Source of the DNA: Desulfurococcaceae archaeon
Lineage (GTDB): Archaea > Thermoproteota > Thermoprotei_A > Sulfolobales > Desulfurococcaceae
Direction of reading: 5' to 3'
DNA length: 27,698 bases
NCBI GenBank assembly: GCA_038816475.1
Contig: JAWBAI010000013.1
Span: 1 to 27,698, forward strand
Shown: one piece after another, positions 1 to 7,089 of the stretch
How the letters are laid out: every line of letters starts with the position of its first letter
Numbering within the stretch: position 1 is the first letter of the stretch
Notes under the pieces: generated by a model
What the model was told of the DNA's origin: nothing
Databases searched by the model: none
The model's input: the letters and a program-made list of their open reading frames with translations, nothing else
Program-made: the position numbers and the translations under genes

Positions 1-3
1 TTG

Positions 4-78
4 CGGGCCCGCCGGGATTTGAACCCGGGTCCTCCGGCTTAGGAGGCCGGCGCCCTCTCCAGGCTAGGCGACGGGCCC
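4..78 (-). tRNA. tRNA-Arg(CCT), intronless
   Basis: Minus-strand cloverleaf: acceptor GGGCCCG/CGGGCCC, anticodon arm CCGGC-CT-CCT-AA-GCCGG, T arm CCGGG-TTCAAAT-CCCGG, discriminator G; CCA not encoded. Confidence 0.97.
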
Positions 79-208
79 TAGCGTTTTCCCTAATCATATA
101 GTATCTCAGAGATTTTTATTAATTAACCTACGAGTCGCCGTGTAATCGTGTTCTTTGAAACCGCGCTGGAGACAGCATAGCAAACAATGCTCGTGCATAG
201 ATGAATGG

Positions 209-955
209 TCACTGAGTACTGGCGATCGCGCTGTGCAGATCCAGCGTGTTTCCTAATATAGTATTTCCTAGTATGCATCGCGATACGCTGAACGCTTGTG
301 TAGTGTCCTCTCTGATCCACCTTAGTATTGTTGTTTTTCCTTGTTCTCTCACGGGGTGTTTTAAAACAGATAATGGAATAATCCTCCAGCGCCTTTCCCT
401 AACCGGGTGTTTTACCAACTCTGCGATCAGCGAATTACCTCGCTTGATAACTCTCACTATTACTTTGACTACATGGTGGTGAAAACTGCCTCCCTCCGGC
501 ATGTACTTACCGTACCTAGTAACAGCGTTGAACAGTACTACCTGGTTCGAAGAAGCCACCTTGGATATCAACCCTGTGATTCTAGTTGCTTCATGGTACT
601 TCCGAGGATCCACTGAAACGTAGTTGTAAGGGTAAACTAGGAGAATCAGCGAGTTCCGTACTTGAGATAGTTCCTCGAGAGCCTTAACTGTTTCACTCAA
701 CCTGAATGCTCTAGATACTAGTATGTTTTCAAGATTGCAGTTGAAGATTCTACATAGCTTAACTAGGTACAAGGAGTCTATTCCACCGAACTCTAAGTTG
801 AGCAACACGTAGACCTGATCTTCTCGGCTTCTGTAAGCCATTACGTAGTGCATGATGCTAACTACCGGAGTTGCTTCACCGTAGATCTCGGTGATCCAGT
901 GCTTGCAAAAAGGATCAATGAGCTCATCTATCTGGGTAATACCTGTAAGCTTCAC
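209..955 (-). CDS. Inactivated RecA/RadA-fold protein, PolB2-associated
   Basis: RadA-like motifs TGITQIDELI, ITEIYG, LENILVSRAF, VVLFN, PEGG..HH, IAELVKHP. Walker A is replaced by GEATPVVS (no GKT) and the Walker B region LILLVYP has no Asp. Confidence 0.8.
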   Translation of the reverse strand: MKLTGITQIDELIDPFCKHWITEIYGEATPVVSIMHYVMAYRSREDQVYVLLNLEFGGIDSLYLVKLCRIFNCNLENILVSRAFRLSETVKALEELSQVRNSLILLVYPYNYVSVDPRKYHEATRITGLISKVASSNQVVLFNAVTRYGKYMPEGGSFHHHVVKVIVRVIKRGNSLIAELVKHPVRERRWRIIPLSVLKHPVREQGKTTILRWIREDTTQAFSVSRCILGNTILGNTLDLHSAIASTQ

Positions 956-1002
956 TCACCCCCCTGTAGTACATTGAAGAATTTTATTGATGAGAGGTTG
1001 GT

Positions 1003-1010
1003 GAAAGTAT
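1003..1010 (-). promoter_or_regulatory. Candidate DNA-damage-responsive element ATACTTTC upstream of the RadA-like gene
   Basis: Contains ANTTTC; ends 48 nt before the GTG at 955; AATAAAA TATA-like box at 988-982 follows after a 14-nt gap. Confidence 0.45.
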
Positions 1011-1063
1011 CGGCTTACACGTGCTCACTAACCTATTACCTGAGCTAAACTCCAAAGTACTAA

Positions 1064-1294
1064 CTAGTAGTTCTGGGAACACAGAGTTTTCAATCTTCTA
1101 ACTAAGTGCAAGAAGAAAACCTCCAATGGATCAACCACGCCCACATGCATTGCTATTGAAAGCGTTGTTTCAATGTCTTCGAGAAACTTCTCAACTACAA
1201 GCTTCTCATCTGGGGGCAAGGACTCAGCTGTTCTACGTATTCTTTCAACGTACTCTTTTACCATGCTTCTAAGAGAACTAGTTGTTCTACCCAT
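1064..1294 (-). CDS. Small alpha-helical PolB2-associated protein (arCOG07300-like)
   Basis: 76 aa with N-terminal MGRTxxSxR and C-terminal DPLE, resembling the small proteins encoded beside polB2 in other archaea; purine-rich GGGGGAGA upstream. Confidence 0.7.
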   Translation of the reverse strand: MGRTTSSLRSMVKEYVERIRRTAESLPPDEKLVVEKFLEDIETTLSIAMHVGVVDPLEVFFLHLVRRLKTLCSQNY

Positions 1295-1363
1295 ATCTCC
1301 CCCATTTGGAGAACATTTGTAATTACAGCTAGTTAAGCAGTGGGAGATCCTGTCACCGTGGTT

Positions 1364-1371
1364 ATACTTTC
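1364..1371 (+). promoter_or_regulatory. Candidate DNA-damage-responsive element ATACTTTC upstream of polB2
   Basis: Same 8-mer as 1003-1010(-); ends 48 nt before the TTG at 1419; TAATAA at 1387-1392. Confidence 0.45.
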
Positions 1372-1418
1372 GGAGACGTCTGCAGGTAATAAGGTTTCAT
1401 CTCTAGCTGGAGTTTAGC

Positions 1419-3323
1419 TTGACGAAGTGGCTACTGGATGCCTACACTCAGGAAGACGAAGTTCACCTAGTGATCTACGACGAGGATCAGCGCTCGCTAG
1501 AGGATCACGTTGTAAACCTCTACTTCTACGGCTACATCACTGGTGGTGAACCAGAGAAACTAGCTCGTAGCCTCCTGGAGGCTGATGGAGTTGAAAACGC
1601 GTGGATAGAGACGTGGAGAGCTCCACCATACTACGATTCCCTGATCAAAGTTGTTGTGTTCAAAACCAAGAGCATGCGTATTCTGAAGAGAATTCTAAGT
1701 GAAGCAGTATCAAAGGGGCTGAAAGTTGTTAATACTACTCCGCATCCACTTGTTGAATCACTCTACAGGTTTAACCTAAGACCATTATCAATGGTGAAGC
1801 GTTTCGGAAACAGCCGAGTTGAACTCTACGAGTGGAATCCACTTGATCGGGATCCAGTGGTGGATTACGTTGTAGTAGACCTGGAAAACGGGGTTTTCAC
1901 TGCTAGAACAAGCAAGTCCGTGGAGAGCTTCACAAAACTGGAGGACATGGCATTGTATCTTTCTTCAAGAAGGTTTCACCTAGGCTTTGTAGATCCATAC
2001 GTTTACGTTAAACTAGTTGAAGCTGATCCACGAGTATCAAGCGTGGCTAAGTGGGTAACCGGTGGAGCATTCAATCCAAGCGAGTTCTTCGAGTGGAGTA
2101 GACTTAGCTACACCCCCTTAAGCCTAATGAACAACTTAACGATTGGGAAAGTGTTAACTACGATTGAAGCTCTACTAGCTAGAGACAGAAGAATGATCTC
2201 GGACAGCTACACTGGTAGAGTAGAAAAGTGGAGAAGAATGAGTGAGCTAATGGTCTACGATAGAGGTGGCGTAGTCTACGTACCAAAACCAGGTGTTTAC
2301 TGGAACGTGTGTCAAGTAGACTTTAAGAGCTTGTACCCCAGCATCATGATCAAGTACAACGTATCCGGTGAAACCATCAACAAGCCTAACTGCCGTAACA
2401 CACTTAGATTAAGCTGGACACCGCACAGTGTGTGCTTAGACGAGGAGGGAGTAGTTCCAGCTAGTATAAAAAAGCTGGTTGAGTTGAAAGAACTCTACAG
2501 CGACCTCTACGAGAAAACCCACGACGAGGTCTACGCCTACAGAAAGAGCGCTGTAAAGTGGATCCTGGTTGCAAGCTTCGGGTACCTAGGGTACAGAAAC
2601 AGCCTTTTCGGCTCCGTTATGGCTCACGAAGTTGTTACTAGCACTAGTAGAGAGATCATGAGAAGAGCCAGGCAGATAGCTATGAAAAAAGGGTACAGAG
2701 TTGTTCACGCAATAGTAGACAGCATATTCGTTGAAGGAGTTAAAACACTAGATGAGTGTTTCTGCTTGAAAAACGAGATCGAGAATGCTACTGGGTTTAA
2801 AGCAAAAGTAGAAGCTCACTACGTGTGGTTGTACATACCTAGGAGTCTTAATGGTAGTGAAGCTGTTGCAAACAAGTACTACGGGTTACTATCCAGCGGA
2901 TCCCTGAAGATAAAGGGAGTAATGGCTGTTCGCAGAGATGTTCCACTCCTGATTAAAAGAGCACAGCTAGATGCTATCTCTAAGCTTGCTGAGGCTACAA
3001 CTCCAGCTAGCTTCGAAGAGAAGGTTGTTGAATCACATAGAGTCATAGATAGGTACATTGAGTACTTGAAGAGTGGTGATGTTGAAATTCACGAGCTTAT
3101 AGTAACCAGGCGTAGTCGAACACGTGGCGAGTACAAGAAGCCACCATCCTACATGCACGAAGCGTTTCCACCATACAGATTAGTGTACTCGAGCAGTGGA
3201 CTTATCCCTTTTGAGAAAGCAAACATGAGTAGGGTTGACCTAGACAAGTACGTACAACTCCTGGAAAAAGCACGCAAAGAACTACCTTCATGCTTGCACC
3301 CACATACAGGTTCAAAAGAATGA
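1419..3323 (+). CDS. polB2: Family B DNA polymerase, PolB2/Dpo2 group
   Basis: Motif A DFKSLYPS intact; motif B KWILVASFGYLG; motif C HAIVDS instead of YGDTDS; NKYYG and KIKGV...RRD present; no recognisable exonuclease motifs; 634 aa. Confidence 0.92.
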   Translation: MTKWLLDAYTQEDEVHLVIYDEDQRSLEDHVVNLYFYGYITGGEPEKLARSLLEADGVENAWIETWRAPPYYDSLIKVVVFKTKSMRILKRILSEAVSKGLKVVNTTPHPLVESLYRFNLRPLSMVKRFGNSRVELYEWNPLDRDPVVDYVVVDLENGVFTARTSKSVESFTKLEDMALYLSSRRFHLGFVDPYVYVKLVEADPRVSSVAKWVTGGAFNPSEFFEWSRLSYTPLSLMNNLTIGKVLTTIEALLARDRRMISDSYTGRVEKWRRMSELMVYDRGGVVYVPKPGVYWNVCQVDFKSLYPSIMIKYNVSGETINKPNCRNTLRLSWTPHSVCLDEEGVVPASIKKLVELKELYSDLYEKTHDEVYAYRKSAVKWILVASFGYLGYRNSLFGSVMAHEVVTSTSREIMRRARQIAMKKGYRVVHAIVDSIFVEGVKTLDECFCLKNEIENATGFKAKVEAHYVWLYIPRSLNGSEAVANKYYGLLSSGSLKIKGVMAVRRDVPLLIKRAQLDAISKLAEATTPASFEEKVVESHRVIDRYIEYLKSGDVEIHELIVTRRSRTRGEYKKPPSYMHEAFPPYRLVYSSSGLIPFEKANMSRVDLDKYVQLLEKARKELPSCLHPHTGSKE

Positions 3324-3378
3324 AAAGCCCTCTTTGCTCAGGCTTGTATTCTTCCTTTGAACATCACGCTAGAGGCTA

Positions 3379-3603
3379 CTAATCGATTTCAACAACAATG
3401 TTTTTTGCAATGCTTCTACCAATGGATATCTCAGCTTCACCTACTTGAATAACCAGTGGACCCCTACCTCTGTTGAACACAACTTTCACTCGTGATCCCG
3501 GGAGTACTCCCATTTGATACAGTCTACGCGTCCACGCTTCTCCGTTAACTTCCTTTACTGTTACCACTTTTCCTTCTTCTACTTTGTCCAGTGTTGTAAG
3601 CAC
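3379..3603 (-). CDS. feoA: FeoA-family ferrous iron transport protein
   Basis: RRLYQMGVLPGSRVKV...GPLVIQVG..EISIGRSIAKNIVV signature; 74 aa. Confidence 0.92.
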   Translation of the reverse strand: MLTTLDKVEEGKVVTVKEVNGEAWTRRLYQMGVLPGSRVKVVFNRGRGPLVIQVGEAEISIGRSIAKNIVVEID

Positions 3604-3623
3604 TTACAAACACCCTGTTGTAG

Positions 3624-3639
3624 TTTAGACATGTCTAAA
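3624..3639. promoter_or_regulatory. Putative DtxR-family operator TTTAGACATGTCTAAA
   Basis: Perfect 16-bp palindrome of TTAG-N6-CTAA form, 20 nt upstream of the feoA start and next to an AT-rich TATA-like tract; the adjacent gene is a DtxR regulator. Confidence 0.75.
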
Positions 3640-3670
3640 TTTATGATTTCTCAAAGAGACCTATAGGTTT

Positions 3671-4345
3671 TTATGTTCTAGGCGTGCACGAGACAAGGAT
3701 AAGACTAGCTACTCGTAGAGGTACCTCTTTGACGTCTTGTTCACCGATTCTAACCACGATGCTCTCGGGTTTACTCGATACCACGGTGATCACTGTTCCA
3801 ACCCTGACTGTTCCACTTCTAGCAAACTCTAGAACATCCCTGAGCTCTCCCAGCAGCCTTTTCACGGTGCATAATGCACCCGGCTGAGCTGTGCTAAGGG
3901 TGATAAGTCTTTCATCAGCATGGTAGTTCTTTGAACCTGGAAGAGGATTACCGTGTGGGCACATTACCGGGGATCCAAGTAGTTGGTATATCCTCTCGAT
4001 GATAACGTCTGGTAAATGCTCTAGGTAGTGTGCGTAGTAGTGTGCATCATAGTCGTTGAAACCAAGTATGCTTGATAAGAAGAGCTCTGCTATTCTGTGC
4101 TTTCTAATGATGACCTCAGCGAGCTGTTTACCAGTGCTAGTTAACGCAACGTAGTGGTACTTTTCCCTTACAACAAGACCCTTCTTCTCTAGATTACCTA
4201 TCACCTTGGATACCGTAGCTGATGAAACACCAAGTTCGCGCGAAATATCGGTTATTTTCGCAACACCCTGAGCTTCCTCAAGCCTGTAGATCGTGGTTAA
4301 ATAGTCCTCTACTCTAGACTTCGAAAACCGCATAGTAAACCACAT
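3671..4345 (-). CDS. DtxR/MntR-family metal-dependent transcriptional regulator (start may be ATG 4333)
   Basis: EDYLTTIY, HTH, RKHRIAELFL, LEH, CPHGNPLP, C-terminal FeoA/SH3-like domain. Confidence 0.93.
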   Translation of the reverse strand: MWFTMRFSKSRVEDYLTTIYRLEEAQGVAKITDISRELGVSSATVSKVIGNLEKKGLVVREKYHYVALTSTGKQLAEVIIRKHRIAELFLSSILGFNDYDAHYYAHYLEHLPDVIIERIYQLLGSPVMCPHGNPLPGSKNYHADERLITLSTAQPGALCTVKRLLGELRDVLEFARSGTVRVGTVITVVSSKPESIVVRIGEQDVKEVPLRVASLILVSCTPRT

Positions 4346-4422
4346 TGCATGCCTTAGAACCCTGGTTCCACGAAGATGACTTTTAAACCACTTGATATTT
4401 CTATAAGTGGAGGGTGCTTATA

Positions 4423-4629
4423 ATGCCCAAGGAGGTAACCAGCGTTGATGAGTTTGTAAAGATAAGCGAGAGAGCAGAAGAATGCAGAGTTGTTAAGCTT
4501 GAGAAAGAGGGCATAGCTAAAGTGAAAGCTAGAACAAGTAGATACCTATACACAATTAAAGTACCCTTAAGCAACCTAGATGAGTTTCTAAAGAAGCTTA
4601 AATGCCAAAACATAAAGTTTATTGAGTAG
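4423..4629 (+). CDS. rpl38e: Ribosomal protein L38e
   Basis: MPKEV...KVKARTSRYLYT motif; SD-like GGAGGGTG places the start at ATG 4423. Confidence 0.92.
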   Translation: MPKEVTSVDEFVKISERAEECRVVKLEKEGIAKVKARTSRYLYTIKVPLSNLDEFLKKLKCQNIKFIE

Positions 4630-4681
4630 TTGTTCGAGCATTCTCTGAGAACACAGCAGTACATAGAAGTAAAACCATCAA

Positions 4682-4788
4682 AGCCGGGGGCGGGATTCGA
4701 ACCCGCGGTTAAACGGGTATCCGAGCCCCTGCTCTAAGCCAAGGTTAGCCCTGCAGCCCGCCGCCTTCGACCGCTCGGCCACCCCGGC
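4682..4788 (-). tRNA. tRNA-Cys(GCA) with 32-nt intron (4719-4750) at 37/38
   Basis: Acceptor GCCGGGG/CCCCGGC, discriminator U, anticodon arm GCGGG-CT-GCA-G|A-CCCGT, T arm GCGGG-TTCGAAT-CCCGC. Confidence 0.93.
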
Positions 4789-4885
4789 GTACTCACTTAT
4801 TTATTCTCTACTATGACCACTTATAAGTCTTTTAGACGAGCAGGAAAGCTGGTTGTCTATCTGGATGAACCTAAAAAGTGCTGTC

Positions 4886-4953
4886 TGAGTGGGCGGTCCG
4901 TCTCCCGCTCATTTGCTCCCGGGACTCGGGAGTATTGCGGGAGTCCGGGGCTC
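4886..4953. ncRNA. Candidate structured non-coding RNA, class and strand unresolved
   Basis: About 69% GC by hand count (46/67) in an AT-rich intergenic region; nested stems CTCCCGC/GCGGGAG and TGCTCCCGG/TCGGGAGTA. Confidence 0.5.
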
Positions 4954-4981
4954 TTGGTTGACTTATAGAAACGCTCCTTAT

Positions 4982-6016
4982 TTACTTTACTTCGAGTTCT
5001 GGCATTTTAGAAGCCTTTATGTTTAGAACAGCTTCAGCAATACCGTTTGAATACCTTGCAATTCTCTTTATGCTATCCAGTATCATTGCTACTGTGATCT
5101 TCTCCTTTGGTTCGAGAGGAGCTTCCAGAACTTTTCCATATATTACCTCCTCTATCTCTGTTACAATGTTTTTCACCTTAGCAATAACCTCCTCTGCTTC
5201 TTTTCTGTTGAGAGAGTACAGTGCCGACATGGCTTTCTCGAAAACTTCAATGTCTCCTCGTAGGTAGTTGTATACGTACTCGGGATGCGATAAGCCACCT
5301 ACAGCTACAACTCGCTTTGCTATGTTAACTGCGTGATCTGCTATTCTCTCGAGATTTCTTGCTATAATTCTGTAACTTAGAACTTCAGTTACGTTTGAAA
5401 TCCCTAGCTCGTGTTGAACCTTGATATCCAGTAGTGCAACCGAGAGTTCTCTGACTATCAGGTGGTGAAATCTATCGGCTTCGTCATCTCTTTGAATAAT
5501 CATCTGAGCTATGCTCAAATCACCGTTACTAATCAAGTGCAGTGTATCATTTAGCATACTACTTACAATTAAGTGTAGTCTTCTAATTGCGTTTATCAAC
5601 GGGAGCTCCTGGAGATTCAGTAGGACCTTGAACGTGATTGAACTAGTGGACTCCTCTATAACCTCCATACCAGCGAGCTTCAGTCTTGCAAGGTTTTTAA
5701 TCTCGCTGATCAGGGATGCTAAGTTCGGAGTACTTCTCTCGAAAACCAGCGAGATTATACTGTAACCCGAGATGTATGTTGCTAAGAGTACTCTCAACAA
5801 TTGCATTTTATCAACACCAGAATGCACTTTCAAGGTAGCTTTCAGCTGCGTAGGCTCAGCTGTTGATGGTACTATAACAAGCTTATTACCAAGTTTTTCA
5901 ACAATAACAAAGTCTCCACTCTTCAAACCAGTAGCATCAATCCAGTCCTTGGGTAGTGTAATAATGAAAGATGATGAACCAGTTTTCTGAACACGTCTTC
6001 TTTCCACACTATACAT
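4982..6016 (-). CDS. phoU: AbrB-PhoU family phosphate uptake regulator
   Basis: N-terminal RRVQKTGSSSFIITLPKDW (AbrB-like); PhoU repeats RDDEADR and RNLERIADHA; GGTGA SD favours ATG 6016 over GTG 6028. Confidence 0.9.
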   Translation of the reverse strand: MYSVERRRVQKTGSSSFIITLPKDWIDATGLKSGDFVIVEKLGNKLVIVPSTAEPTQLKATLKVHSGVDKMQLLRVLLATYISGYSIISLVFERSTPNLASLISEIKNLARLKLAGMEVIEESTSSITFKVLLNLQELPLINAIRRLHLIVSSMLNDTLHLISNGDLSIAQMIIQRDDEADRFHHLIVRELSVALLDIKVQHELGISNVTEVLSYRIIARNLERIADHAVNIAKRVVAVGGLSHPEYVYNYLRGDIEVFEKAMSALYSLNRKEAEEVIAKVKNIVTEIEEVIYGKVLEAPLEPKEKITVAMILDSIKRIARYSNGIAEAVLNIKASKMPELEVK

Positions 6017-6163
6017 GAGATCACCCACTTTTTACACATTTAACTCCATACAATCCTTGTATTTTTGAAAATCGCAATTACAGGTATTTATAGTTTATAG
6101 ACTACTATATACTCCTAACCCTGTACGATTAGCGTTGTTAGTAAGAAAAGCAGATGGGTGAAA

Positions 6164-6252
6164 TGGGCCCGCGGGGATTTGAACCCCGGACCTCCGCCTT
6201 TCTCAGTTTGAGCTTGTAAGGGCGGCGTCCTACCAGGCTAGACGACGGGCCC
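6164..6252 (-). tRNA. tRNA-Val(TAC) with 15-nt intron (6200-6214) at 37/38
   Basis: CCGCC-CT-TAC-A|A-GGCGG; BHB central helix CUUA/UGAG; T arm CGGGG-TTCAAAT-CCCCG. Confidence 0.95.
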
Positions 6253-6332
6253 CAATGCTCTCAAAACATCTAATTGTGGTTTAAAAGTTTAAAACAATTA
6301 GTGAGCACAAGCACGTGTTAGAACAGAAGCAG

Positions 6333-6468
6333 TGGGCCCGGGGGGATTTGAACCCCCGACCTACGGGTCGCACCCCTTTCCAGACCTCTTTCATCCCTCT
6401 GGGGGTCAACCGACCCATAGTGTACACGGTCTGGAGCCCGCCGCTCTGCCTGGCTGAGCTACGGGCCC
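6333..6468 (-). tRNA. tRNA-Trp(CCA) with 62-nt intron (6369-6430) at 37/38
   Basis: GCGGG-CT-CCA-G|A-CCCGT; acceptor GGGCCCG/CGGGCCC; relaxed BHB CUCC/GGUG. Confidence 0.95.
6369..6430 (-). ncRNA. tRNA-Trp intron with partial box C/D guide architecture
   Basis: Guide CTATGGGTCG, D' TTGA, C' GGATGA, second guide GGTCTGGA; both guides are complementary to the host tRNA. Confidence 0.6.
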
Positions 6469-6570
6469 ACTGCCGGGTACACGACTCCAATAACTAGTTT
6501 TATAAAGGTATTAAAAACTTTTAACTTTAATTAGCTAGGGGGCCTGCTTAGCTGAGTGGTGTAGGAAGGT

Positions 6571-7065
6571 TTGAAATATCCACTAGATAAAATATGTATA
6601 AAGAGCGGAGTGTATTGTTCTTCATGCCAGAGAAAAATAGATTCTGGAGAAGTAACAAGCGATGACATAGAAGTACTCAAGGCTCTCATAGAGTTGGAGG
6701 ATAAGCTGAAGTTCATGAAGAAAGGAGAGTTCATAAAAGCTGTAAACCTCAAGGACAAGTCTATAGTGTTCGTAAGAAACGAGTTCACAGTTGAGGAGAA
6801 GAAGCAGCTTGAAGAAGAGCTTTCATCCCTACTTGGTAAAAAAGTAAGAGTAGTTGAATACATAGGTGATTTAAAGAAGCTAATAGAGCAAATACTGTAC
6901 CCGGCAACACTATATGGAGTAAACAGAGTGTGGATACCCGGTGGCTCCGAAATAATAAACATAAGAGTATCCAGAAGAGATAAAAAGTTCATCAAAGACA
7001 AGGAAGAGTACGAAGAACTCATCGCTAAGATATTCAATACTCAAGTCAAAATAGTTTTTGAGTAA
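6571..7065 (+). CDS. NusA-like KH-domain protein with N-terminal Cys cluster
   Basis: ICIKSGVYCSSC, LGKKVRVVEY, GVNRVWIPGG, typical of the archaeal NusA paralogue. Confidence 0.75.
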   Translation: MKYPLDKICIKSGVYCSSCQRKIDSGEVTSDDIEVLKALIELEDKLKFMKKGEFIKAVNLKDKSIVFVRNEFTVEEKKQLEEELSSLLGKKVRVVEYIGDLKKLIEQILYPATLYGVNRVWIPGGSEIINIRVSRRDKKFIKDKEEYEELIAKIFNTQVKIVFE

Positions 7066-7089
7066 ATAGAAGCATCCATTCTACCACAT

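Noticed and set aside
4-3323. polB2 cassette as a tRNA-integrated mobile element (casposon- or pipolin-like)
   Set aside because: No integrase, Cas1, terminal repeats or duplicated tRNA fragment seen; the polymerase motifs are those of cellular PolB2
4835-4888. Possible C/D RNA (GGATGA...CTGA) on the + strand
   Set aside because: Only one box pair; no convincing second pair or recognisable target
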